56,682 bases of DNA, from the IMG/VR virus record IMGVR_UViG_3300032086_002223, positions 1-56,682 of that record. One strand, written 5' to 3'. Both the position numbers and the translations under genes were made by a program. This DNA comes from a virus (Duplodnaviria; Caudoviricetes). Positions within the stretch are counted from its first letter, which is position 1. Each line of letters starts with the position of its first letter. This document shows positions 1-8,064 of the stretch, in pieces. The notes beneath the pieces are model-generated. The model had not been told where the DNA came from. It saw nothing but the letters and a program-made list of their open reading frames with translations, and made no database searches.

Positions 1-15
1 TTGATTTAATTGAAA

Positions 16-501
16 TTAATGTATAGTTTTTTTGGACAAATCTTCGACACCGAAATCATCGAACTCTTCATCCATTAAGTCATCGTATTCACCATTAGCT
101 TGCATCTCTTCTATGAGTGATGACATACGTTCTTGTAGACTTCCTCTGTCAATAGGTTCCTTATCGATGATAGGAATGGTTTCGGTCTCTACCCAATTAC
201 TCCATCTCACACATGCTTGGTCATACATAGGGATGTATTGTTTTGCAAGTGATACTGTTGCCATGATGGTGTCTTTTTCAATTGATACGACTGGTTCATC
301 AGTCATAGGGATATAAGGATAAAATTGACATACCGTGTGACCAGCTTGAAACTTTGAAGGTATTAAAGAACAATGCATCGGTAAGGTCACGTCTACACTG
401 TCTCCCCTATCTACGGTCATACCCACTATTTCTAACCCGTTCTTAAGTTTTACAACTTGATATCTCTCGGGTGTTTTGATTAGGTCTTTAGGTGTTGTCA
501 T
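16..501 (-). CDS. Hypothetical protein downstream of uvsW
   Basis: 161-aa ORF whose start overlaps the uvsW stop; beta-rich N-half (VVKLKNGLEIVG), acidic tail ending KTIH. Confidence 0.8.
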   Translation of the reverse strand: MTTPKDLIKTPERYQVVKLKNGLEIVGMTVDRGDSVDVTLPMHCSLIPSKFQAGHTVCQFYPYIPMTDEPVVSIEKDTIMATVSLAKQYIPMYDQACVRWSNWVETETIPIIDKEPIDRGSLQERMSSLIEEMQANGEYDDLMDEEFDDFGVEDLSKKTIH

Positions 502-1898
502 TATTTTAGATTTATTGTATGCATGTTGTATACAAATTTCTCCTCGTTATAGATATTTATTCTTTCTTTTAAGTGATTGAGAGTATAATTCTCACATTGT
601 AAGTCATCTGCAATATCAAAGAGTTTCAAGTTTTTCTTATCATCTGATACTCTCAGACCACGTCCTATGGATTGTAAATTTCTAATTCTAGATTTGGTAG
701 GACTTGCAAATACAATATTATTTATCTTTTTAATATTGACCCCTGTAGAGAAAACACCATAAGATGCAAGTATAACACTGTCATTACTCTTCTCTACTTT
801 CTCTCTAACTAGTTCACGGTCTAGTGCATCTGTACCACCATAAACATAGTGTAAGTTCTTCACTCGTTTCTCTAACATAGGAAATAAAACTTGTCCGTGT
901 TTTTCTACATACTGAAATAACACTAGTGTGTTCCCCTTTAAACTGAACACTAGATTACATAAGAACTCATTTCTCTTCTTACTAGAAACAATGTAATCCA
1001 TTTCGTCTTGATACTTCATCTTCTTTTGTTTTGGATGTTTTAGTATCAGACAATCTATCTCTAGATTTGCAACGGTACCTTTCTGCATTAGTTCTTCGGT
1101 ACTGATAACCTTCTTAGCTTCACCGAACAACCCTTCTAGTTGTAACTTGTGAACCTCTGAACCATCAAGTGTACCTGTAGTCCCGAACCTGTACCTTACG
1201 TTTTTCATCTTCTCAAGGATACCCTTCAGAACATTTGCTTTAAACAAGTGAGCTTCATCACCAAACACTACATCAAATGTATTGTAATATTCTTTTGGTA
1301 ATCTACTCAATGACTGCCATGTAGTAATGGTTACATTCGATTCAAAAACATCTTGTCCACTATAGACCTTACAGATTTTTTCTTTGAATCCATAGTCTGC
1401 AAAATCTTTAGTCATCTGTTCTACTAGAGATGTTGTTGGTACTATGATTAGTGTTTTCTTTTGATACCATCTATGTAAGAGATAGATGATGAATGACTTA
1501 CCACTTGCAGTTGGAGATACAAGTAGTTTACGTTCTGAATTTATACAGTCTAGAACAGAATCGAATTGATAATCACGAGGATTAAAAGGAAGGTTAAGAG
1601 AACTGATGTGTTTATCAAGAACCTCCTTTGTCGTCTCCTCAGACTTTCGAATATCAGTTTTATAAGCATATCCTCTTTCCTCACAGAATAGTTCTAAGTA
1701 TTTATGAAGTCCTAGATAGAGTTTACCTGTCTTAATTGAAAATAAGTATACCTTCCCATCCCACCATTTATTTTTATATGAGGGCATGAACTTTGCATTG
1801 GGAACACTAAATGAAAAGAATTGATGTAGTTCTTTTGCAATGTGTGGTTCGCAAGAGACTTGGAGATATACTTCGTCTAGTTTTGCTGATATAACCAT
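501..1898 (-). CDS. uvsW: UvsW SF2 DNA helicase
   Basis: Q motif PRDYQ, Walker A SPTASGKS, DEAH, motif III TGT, motif VI QSIGRGLR; N-terminal WDGK typical of UvsW; downstream of uvsY. Confidence 0.95.
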   Translation of the reverse strand: MVISAKLDEVYLQVSCEPHIAKELHQFFSFSVPNAKFMPSYKNKWWDGKVYLFSIKTGKLYLGLHKYLELFCEERGYAYKTDIRKSEETTKEVLDKHISSLNLPFNPRDYQFDSVLDCINSERKLLVSPTASGKSFIIYLLHRWYQKKTLIIVPTTSLVEQMTKDFADYGFKEKICKVYSGQDVFESNVTITTWQSLSRLPKEYYNTFDVVFGDEAHLFKANVLKGILEKMKNVRYRFGTTGTLDGSEVHKLQLEGLFGEAKKVISTEELMQKGTVANLEIDCLILKHPKQKKMKYQDEMDYIVSSKKRNEFLCNLVFSLKGNTLVLFQYVEKHGQVLFPMLEKRVKNLHYVYGGTDALDRELVREKVEKSNDSVILASYGVFSTGVNIKKINNIVFASPTKSRIRNLQSIGRGLRVSDDKKNLKLFDIADDLQCENYTLNHLKERINIYNEEKFVYNMHTINLK

Positions 1899-1901
1899 GA
1901 A

Positions 1902-2576
1902 TTACACATATGGTTGACCACATGCCCACCCTACTAAAGACTTTCTTGTCCCCATGGTTACTGGTGTTACTTGATGATAAACGAATGACGGGAATACAAT
2001 CATAGTTCCAATTGCTTTTGCACTGAAGGGTGCAGAACATACCATCTTATGTACGTCAACTACCTTTTCTTTTGTTAACTGATTAAATTCATTTACAGGT
2101 TCCAACCATTGAAAATGACCACCGTTATACTCATCGGGGTCTGATAGTTGTATAGTGATAGAGAGTTTTCTTATAGTACCATCTTTGTTTTTAACACCAC
2201 CATGGTCTGTATGCCATGTATAGAATCCTGGCTTATGTCTGTCTGCAGTGTATTGTGTGTATTGATAGTTTTCGAAATAGTCTATACTGACATTCCAATC
2301 TGCATTTTGATTTGCAATCTGTAACCCATTAATAATTTTATCATTAATGTCTTTTGGTATAAAGTTATCTCTTTCAAACCATTTAACTTGTGATACTCTT
2401 AAATCTTCATTAAGACCATGACTATCTTCCACTTCCATTGGTGCATCGGGGTCATCCATATTACCACCAGTTCTTCCTTCATCCCATGGAATAACTTCTG
2501 CAGCTTTATGTATTCTTGCAACCTCATCGGGTGTCAAGTATTCATTTAAGATAATACAATTGTTTTCTAAAATCAT
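1902..2576 (-). CDS. 2OG-Fe(II) oxygenase (PKHD/prolyl-hydroxylase-like)
   Basis: WHTD, RKLSITIQLSDPDEYNGG, FPSFVYHQVTPV, RKSLV; start placed at the ATG at 2576 that overlaps the uvsY stop (TAATG) rather than at 2603. Confidence 0.9.
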   Translation of the reverse strand: MILENNCIILNEYLTPDEVARIHKAAEVIPWDEGRTGGNMDDPDAPMEVEDSHGLNEDLRVSQVKWFERDNFIPKDINDKIINGLQIANQNADWNVSIDYFENYQYTQYTADRHKPGFYTWHTDHGGVKNKDGTIRKLSITIQLSDPDEYNGGHFQWLEPVNEFNQLTKEKVVDVHKMVCSAPFSAKAIGTMIVFPSFVYHQVTPVTMGTRKSLVGWACGQPYV

Positions 2577-3019
2577 TATTGTCCTGCCATAAATTTTCTC
2601 CAATCAATCGTGTTCTTGATTGTTTGGTGTCTCCAAGTTATGTTTTCCATACACTTCTGTAAGAACTGTATACAGACATTTAGATATTCAATCTTACCAT
2701 TTAAGTTTTGAATATCGTCATCTGCATTGAAGTAGTAGTTGTAATCTGACTTCATTACTTTAAGACCATCGAATGGGTCATCTTCCCATCCTAACTTGTT
2801 AATTTCTTCTTGTGAAAGTTTACCACTATACCATAACCATTTTAGTTTGGTAATCTTGGATAATTCTAATTGAAGTTTTTTGAGTGTAACTAATTTGTCT
2901 GATAGAAGACTTGAGTATTTTGCATGGAGTTTGGGAACTTCAAGAGATGATTTATCTAATTCGATGTCATCAATTTGAGTATCTTTACTCCATTCTTCTT
3001 TTAGTTGTTCTAAATTCAT
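2576..3019 (-). CDS. uvsY: UvsY recombination mediator
   Basis: 147 aa, helical; DTQID..PKLHAKY, WYSGK and C-terminal IKNTIDWRKFMAG match T4-like UvsY; between gp3 and uvsW. Confidence 0.9.
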   Translation of the reverse strand: MNLEQLKEEWSKDTQIDDIELDKSSLEVPKLHAKYSSLLSDKLVTLKKLQLELSKITKLKWLWYSGKLSQEEINKLGWEDDPFDGLKVMKSDYNYYFNADDDIQNLNGKIEYLNVCIQFLQKCMENITWRHQTIKNTIDWRKFMAGQ

Positions 3020-3025
3020 AATATA

Positions 3026-3054
3026 ATTATACCTTAAAAGGTGTGTTTTGTAAA
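3026..3054 (-). promoter_or_regulatory. Sigma70-type promoter for uvsY-oxygenase-uvsW
   Basis: Minus strand TTTACA-N17-TATAAT; -10 box ends 6 nt before the uvsY ATG. Confidence 0.7.
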
Positions 3055-3056
3055 GG

Positions 3057-3064
3057 TATTTAGG
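3057..3064 (-). promoter_or_regulatory. Variant T4 late promoter (CCTAAATA)
   Basis: TAAATA core at the end of gp3, upstream of uvsY. Confidence 0.45.
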
Positions 3065-3587
3065 ACTTTGTTTCTATAGTATATCTACCTATCCTAAAGG
3101 TTACATCACATATTACAGCTTCACCATCTGCACCCGATTGAAATTCTACACCACTTAGAGATGTGGGAAATATGTCATGAAATCTGATAAACTTATTTGC
3201 GATATTCTTGTTTGTATTTACAACTAGTGTTGCATCTGATATTTCAGATAAGAAGTCGTTTGAAGTGTAACGATTTAGTTTATCAGTTTCTGCTGATTTA
3301 GCAGGGTCATAATTTGCTGGGTCTAGTGGGACGATTGATGTCATCCAATTGTACATCTCAGTAAAGTTAGCCATATCCTCATCAACTAAAAACTGAACTT
3401 GAAGTGTTTCAAATTCTAGTTTATCGCCAGGAAAAAAAGCATCCAAACCTACACCAGCTGCCTGTATTGTTTCAGTGAATGACAAGCCAGGTAATTGTAC
3501 AGTCCTACAGAAGTATTCCACGTTTGGAATTCTGTCGATTAGAAATCGAAAGTTATTTCGATTAAGAACTGATGTGTTTATTGTCAT
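3060..3587 (-). CDS. gp3: Tail completion/tube terminator protein gp3
   Basis: NFRFLIDRIPNVEYFC..V.LPG, PGDKLEFETL.V.FLVDEDMANF.E.YNWM, FPTSLS; position between gp23 and uvsY. Confidence 0.9.
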   Translation of the reverse strand: MTINTSVLNRNNFRFLIDRIPNVEYFCRTVQLPGLSFTETIQAAGVGLDAFFPGDKLEFETLQVQFLVDEDMANFTEMYNWMTSIVPLDPANYDPAKSAETDKLNRYTSNDFLSEISDATLVVNTNKNIANKFIRFHDIFPTSLSGVEFQSGADGEAVICDVTFRIGRYTIETKS

Positions 3588-3798
3588 CTAATTTAATTAC
3601 CCTATTGTTTTTTACAGTGTCATGGTAGTCGTTGTCTCTGTATGTACGGTCTACTATGGACTCACACAAATACCCGTCTTGGACATAAAGTGTTTTCATC
3701 TGTCTAGATAGAACGTCTTTAGTTTCTACACCATTAGGGAATGCATATCTTTCGAATGGCCCCTCACTAATAGTTACTTGTTTTTCGTATTTGTCCAT
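3562..3798 (-). CDS. Hypothetical protein
   Basis: 78-aa ORF directly behind a late promoter, overlapping the gp3 start. Confidence 0.75.
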   Translation of the reverse strand: MDKYEKQVTISEGPFERYAFPNGVETKDVLSRQMKTLYVQDGYLCESIVDRTYRDNDYHDTVKNNRVIKLDDNKHISS

Positions 3799-3803
3799 AG
3801 TAG

Positions 3804-3811
3804 TATTTATG
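3804..3811 (-). promoter_or_regulatory. T4 late promoter (CATAAATA)
   Basis: One mismatch from TATAAATA, intergenic, 5 nt before the ATG. Confidence 0.65.
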
Positions 3812-4030
3812 TTATTTCTCAGTCACAAATTCATTCAGTTGTCTTGCAACTCTAATAACCTCTTCACCAGTGATTTCTCTTAGTGGTAAAGGTTTCTTAT
3901 CATTTGGGAATGAATCGTTGTGTGCATAGATAGCGTCAACTTCCCTCTGATAATTAGAGGTCAAAAGACCTTCTGCTTGTGATAATAAGTCGGCTCTGAT
4001 TTCGAACCCTGATTTTCCTGAATTACTCAT
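3812..4030 (-). CDS. Small hypothetical protein
   Basis: 72 aa, FEIR..LL.QA and A.QLNEFV helices; strong RBS AGGAGA preceded by an (AC)n tract. Confidence 0.8.
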   Translation of the reverse strand: MSNSGKSGFEIRADLLSQAEGLLTSNYQREVDAIYAHNDSFPNDKKPLPLREITGEEVIRVARQLNEFVTEK

Positions 4031-4059
4031 TTTTTCTCCTGTGTGTGTATGTGTAATAA

Positions 4060-4077
4060 GACCCCCCGAAGGGGGTC
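4060..4077 (-). terminator. GC-rich C(UUCG)G hairpin (weak terminator or RNA element)
   Basis: GACCCCC-TTCG-GGGGGTC perfect 7-bp stem followed by TTATT. Confidence 0.6.
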
Positions 4078-4162
4078 ACCTTTGACAGTGCCATGTATAC
4101 CTGACCTGCCTCGCCATCGAATCACATTCGTCTCCTAGAGATATATCTTCAATGACTACTTA

Positions 4163-4170
4163 TATTTAGT
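4163..4170 (-). promoter_or_regulatory. Variant T4 late promoter (ACTAAATA)
   Basis: TAAATA core immediately after the gp23 terminator. Confidence 0.6.
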
Positions 4171-4172
4171 GC

Positions 4173-4200
4173 AAAAAAAAGGACTCCGAAGAGTCCTTTT
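4173..4200 (-). terminator. Rho-independent terminator of gp23
   Basis: GGACTC-TTCG-GAGTCC followed by T8; UUCG loop typical of T4-like phages. Confidence 0.9.
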
Positions 4201-4219
4201 TAAAAGTTAAAACTTTTAA

Positions 4220-5530
4220 TTATAGAATATTGCTTACAGCCATTTTTCTATAGTAGAAGTTAGAACCATTTGATGCAAGTCCACTTGCTGGTGCATTACC
4301 AACGAATGGGTTTGAAATCATTCCATATCTAGTTTTGAAACCGATTTTTGGTTGGAATGTGTTCTCACCAACTGCACGTACCATTTGCAATGGAACGTAT
4401 GGGCAATAGAACATACCTGCGTCGTATGGGTTTGAACCTCTGTAACCAACTGTTAGGTAGTTAACAGATGCATAAGGGTCAATATAGACCTTTACTCTTC
4501 CGTTAAGAACACCAGCAAATGTATTACCTGTGTCGTCTACGTTTAAGTTAGTTGCTAAAGCTGGTGCATAATCTAATACTCCTGCCATTGAAAGAGCAGA
4601 TGCTACGTCTGAAGAACATAGGATAAAGTTACCTTTACCTCTTCTTGATTCTTTAGCTATACTGTTTGATTCTCTTTCGATTTGGAATAATAGACCTTTG
4701 AACTTCTCAACTGACCATCTACCGTTAGCATCAACGTCTAGGTTGAATGTGCCGGGTGATGCAGTGTCTGCTGCTCCAGTTTTTGCTTGAAGGTTAACAC
4801 TTCTTACAACTTCTCTATTTATTTCTGCTAAAATTTCTGATGAAAGAATGTTAGCAAGTTCTGACTCAGCGTCAAGACCATGAATTGCTTTAAGGTCTTG
4901 TGCTAATTCTAATGTGTATTCAGCTTTAAGTGCTCTTGACTTAGCAGTTACAGTTGCTTTCTCAATTGTGAAAGACATTTCTGCAAAACTATTATTTGAT
5001 GCGTCACCCAATGCTTCAGCAGTTGCTGTAGACATACCTGAACCAGTTGTTGATTCGTATGATGGTGATGATGTATCAAATGGGTCACCGATAGCTGCTT
5101 GCTGTGCGCCTGCTGCTGTCGATTGTGCTGCACTTGAATATGATGAAACGGGTTCGTTGATTCCTAATGCTTCTGATTTACCCTCTCTACCCGCTGACGG
5201 ATAGTCGTTATATCTTGCTTTCATAGCGAAGATAAGACCTGTAGGGCCAGTCATTGGTTGAACACCGCAAATGTCGTAAGCTACGAGATTTGGCATTGCT
5301 CTTCTAACCAATGAAATAAGGATTGGTTCCCAGTTGCTAATTGCACTTGAACCAGTTGCATTCAATGGAGCTGCTTCCGATAGGGTTGCTCTATCTTCGT
5401 TTAATGCATTCTCTTGGTTCTCCAAGATAACAGCTGTGACTGCTCTCTTGTAGTTGTCCTCGATTTTTGGTAAATCGGAATGCTCTAAGATAGGTTCCCA
5501 TTTCTTTTGTAAATCTTCTGATAAGAACAT
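4220..5530 (-). CDS. gp23: Major capsid protein gp23
   Basis: LISLVRRAMPNLVAYDICGVQPMTGPTGLIFAM, SRALKAEYTLELAQDLKAIHGLDAE, FQPKIGFKTRYG. Confidence 0.98.
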   Translation of the reverse strand: MFLSEDLQKKWEPILEHSDLPKIEDNYKRAVTAVILENQENALNEDRATLSEAAPLNATGSSAISNWEPILISLVRRAMPNLVAYDICGVQPMTGPTGLIFAMKARYNDYPSAGREGKSEALGINEPVSSYSSAAQSTAAGAQQAAIGDPFDTSSPSYESTTGSGMSTATAEALGDASNNSFAEMSFTIEKATVTAKSRALKAEYTLELAQDLKAIHGLDAESELANILSSEILAEINREVVRSVNLQAKTGAADTASPGTFNLDVDANGRWSVEKFKGLLFQIERESNSIAKESRRGKGNFILCSSDVASALSMAGVLDYAPALATNLNVDDTGNTFAGVLNGRVKVYIDPYASVNYLTVGYRGSNPYDAGMFYCPYVPLQMVRAVGENTFQPKIGFKTRYGMISNPFVGNAPASGLASNGSNFYYRKMAVSNIL

Positions 5531-5547
5531 TTTTTTTCTCCTTGAAA

Positions 5548-6924
5548 TTAACCTAGTGGTTTTAGTTTACTTAATGCGCTAGCATACCTAGACATGGATG
5601 GGTCAAGTACTGGTTCTGAAGATTCCTCTTCAAGAGTACCAATCCCTTCTATTTCTAGGGTTTCTTCTGAAATACTTTCTTTTTCAGATGCTGGGAAGTA
5701 TGCTTCTTTGAGTTCGTTAACTTTATCACTAAAGTCTTCGATATCTTTGAAGTCTACTCCTTCACATAATGAAGAAAGTTTTTCTGATTGTGAATCAGAT
5801 AGACTATCACTAGCTTCTCTGATTACGTTTGCTCGTTTTAATGAATCCATCTCTTCAGTCATTTCCATATTCTTGGAAACTTCTGCATCGAGTTTTAGTT
5901 CCATGTCATCGAGTTTGTTTGCAAGTTCGTCAATAACGTTGTACTTATCTTCAGGTACGTCAACATAATGTTCAGTGAACAATGTTTTCAGACCGTCTAT
6001 AAAGTTCTCAGTCATTTCAGACCTTAAACCACGTTCAATTGCAAGTTCGTTTTCTTTTGCCCACTCTTCAGCGACATATGAAAGGTACTTATCAACTGCT
6101 TCTGTCAAATCAGATTTGACGGAATCAACTGTGGTTTTCAACTCGTTCTCGTATTGAGATTTGAGTTGTTCATTGATTTCTGCTGCTTTTGAATTAATTG
6201 CAGCTTTGAAAATTGTTTTAGCTTTTTCTGTATTCTCTTCAGAAAGGTCAAGTGATTCAGATATTGCAGCTAAGTCTTCGTCAACTTCGATGTCAACAAG
6301 AGATGATTCAACTTCGACTTCTTCTTTCTTAGTTGACTCTTTTTTGTTTTCATCTTCGTCTTCGTCTTCTTCCTCTTCTTCGTGTGAATCTTCAACGAAT
6401 AGAGTATTGAATGACTCTTCTACATCGTCTTCGTCTTTCTTCTTCATCATTTCAACGAATGCTCTAGCAATTTCTGCTTTAGTAGAATCTTCAGATATTT
6501 CAACTTCTTCTTCCATATCTTTAGATGACTTCATATACATTGCCATGAGTTTTTCTTTGTCCATGTCTTTCATTGCTGAAACCATAGACTTAATCATTTC
6601 CATTTTTGAAGGTTTTGACTCTTCAGAATCTTCTTCTTCTTTTACTTTCTTTAAGTTTGGTTGTTTTTCGGCAGGTGCTTCACCTTTTTGTTGTGGGTCT
6701 CCTGAGATTTCCTTTGACCCAGCTTCTGCACCTTTAACGGATTTAACAGCTTTGTCAACAGGATTTTCTTCAGGCTTCACAATTTCGCCCTTACCTGAAC
6801 CAATTTCAGCAGCGTCTGATGAACCTTGTTTGACAGGTTTTGCATCACCCTTCTCGGCTTTCGCCACAGGTGCAGAACTGTCTTTTTTCATCTCTTCTGC
6901 TATCATTTTTTCTAAGTTAGACAT
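5548..6924 (-). CDS. gp22: Prohead core scaffold protein gp22
   Basis: Highly acidic; KAKTIF.AA, VDKYLSYVAEEW..ENELAIERGL, LKEAYF, M.RY..AL; between gp21 and gp23. Confidence 0.9.
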   Translation of the reverse strand: MSNLEKMIAEEMKKDSSAPVAKAEKGDAKPVKQGSSDAAEIGSGKGEIVKPEENPVDKAVKSVKGAEAGSKEISGDPQQKGEAPAEKQPNLKKVKEEEDSEESKPSKMEMIKSMVSAMKDMDKEKLMAMYMKSSKDMEEEVEISEDSTKAEIARAFVEMMKKKDEDDVEESFNTLFVEDSHEEEEEDEDEDENKKESTKKEEVEVESSLVDIEVDEDLAAISESLDLSEENTEKAKTIFKAAINSKAAEINEQLKSQYENELKTTVDSVKSDLTEAVDKYLSYVAEEWAKENELAIERGLRSEMTENFIDGLKTLFTEHYVDVPEDKYNVIDELANKLDDMELKLDAEVSKNMEMTEEMDSLKRANVIREASDSLSDSQSEKLSSLCEGVDFKDIEDFSDKVNELKEAYFPASEKESISEETLEIEGIGTLEEESSEPVLDPSMSRYASALSKLKPLG

Positions 6925-6953
6925 AATTTCTCCTGTTATGGTCTGTTTAGTTG

Positions 6954-6961
6954 TATTTATA
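6954..6961 (-). promoter_or_regulatory. T4 late promoter (TATAAATA)
   Basis: Exact consensus upstream of gp22. Confidence 0.85.
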
Positions 6962-6963
6962 TC

Positions 6964-7611
6964 TTATAAACTTTCAACAAACTTTTTCCATAAATTTAAC
7001 TTTGTTTCCTCTAATTTATTCAGTTTGGCAGATAAAAGTTGGTCTCTCATCTTCTCTGCTTCCACTGCTTTTAGTACACCGTTTTCGAAAATCCATTCAA
7101 CACCTTCCATGATTCCTTCGACAAATGCCTCGGGAGCGGATGGGTCGGCAACAATATCTCCTGCCGTTGCTAATTGAAAATCATCTTTAACGTATTGAGC
7201 TCCATTCCTTTGTTCTAGTGAACCTAGACCTCTAGATGAAACACCAAGTTTCGCACCGTCATCAATGAGGTTTCTGACGATTTGACCGTTTGGTGTAGAT
7301 AAAACTTTTGCACGTCCTACGTAATTGTTACCATCTTCTTCCAATGATTGAATTAAGTGGGACACCTTGTCCAAATTGATTGTTGGGCCATCGGGATGAC
7401 CTAACTCTCCGAATGCACGTGATTTCTGTACGAACTCTCTATTGTAACGTGCTACTTCTTCTTGTATTATTTTTTTGGGATATACTCTCCCATTTCTGTT
7501 CTTTATCTCTGATTGAATAAAAATCCCTTCAATGAAGTAATCTTTACTCCCATCTTCTTTCGATTCAGTGATAGGTGTAATTATATCGTTAAACTCTGAA
7601 ATTAATTTCAT
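6964..7611 (-). CDS. gp21: Prohead protease gp21
   Basis: IEGIFIQSEIKNRNGRVYP, GELGHP, LGVSSRGLGSL, DIVADPSAP. Confidence 0.97.
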   Translation of the reverse strand: MKLISEFNDIITPITESKEDGSKDYFIEGIFIQSEIKNRNGRVYPKKIIQEEVARYNREFVQKSRAFGELGHPDGPTINLDKVSHLIQSLEEDGNNYVGRAKVLSTPNGQIVRNLIDDGAKLGVSSRGLGSLEQRNGAQYVKDDFQLATAGDIVADPSAPEAFVEGIMEGVEWIFENGVLKAVEAEKMRDQLLSAKLNKLEETKLNLWKKFVESL

Positions 7612-7885
7612 TGAAAATCTCCTCTATTTCTACTCCCTCAAAGTTCATTTGTTTGAACAGTTTAGACATATCTTTTACTGACTTCTCTGCTTCCTTCATG
7701 TTCCTATAAGGGCCTGTTTCGTTATCGTTGATGTATGCATATACTTCACGACCTTTTTGTGAGTAAGTGACATCATAGTTTTTACCACCTACTCTCATTC
7801 TCTCAACTTTAATTTCTGAGTGTCCAGTAGGCAACTTCATTTTTGCCTCATGTAAATCTCTAGTTAATTGAGAAAATGTTTTCAT
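7589..7885 (-). CDS. Small protein at the gp68 (prohead core) position
   Basis: 98 aa, MKTFSQL..EA start typical of head-packaged T4-like proteins; synteny only. Confidence 0.65.
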   Translation of the reverse strand: MKTFSQLTRDLHEAKMKLPTGHSEIKVERMRVGGKNYDVTYSQKGREVYAYINDNETGPYRNMKEAEKSVKDMSKLFKQMNFEGVEIEEIFNEINFRV

Positions 7886-8064
7886 TATTCTTCTTTTTCC
7901 AGTGGAGTTTCTTCTACCTCTGATGCATTCATCCAGTCCATAGACTGTTCAACTCTCTTCATGTCAACTACTTCTGCAGCTTTCTGATTGAGTGTTTGCA
8001 TGATTTGGTCTTTTGCATCATTTAATTCACCACGTTCAATACTATTTACAATTTCTTTACTCAT
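7885..8064 (-). CDS. Small acidic protein at the gp67 (prohead core) position; absent from the ORF track
   Basis: 59 aa MSKEIVNSIERGELNDAKDQIMQTLNQKAAEVVDMKRVEQSMDWMNASEVEETPLEKEE; TAATG-coupled to both neighbours. Confidence 0.8.
   Translation of the reverse strand: MSKEIVNSIERGELNDAKDQIMQTLNQKAAEVVDMKRVEQSMDWMNASEVEETPLEKEE

Noticed and set aside
2577-2603. ORF-track start of the oxygenase at 2603
   Set aside because: It lies inside uvsY; the ATG at 2576 gives the TAATG coupling used elsewhere in this genome
4023-4127. ATG-TGA read-through as a selenopeptide (GCAGGTC lies 12 nt after the TGA)
   Set aside because: The stem needed for an fdhF-type SECIS does not form, SD spacing is short and the product has no redox motif
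6161-7177. 338-aa Ser-rich plus-strand ORF and other antisense ORFs across the window
   Set aside because: Antisense to clearly conserved genes; Ser/Phe runs mirror Glu/Lys codons
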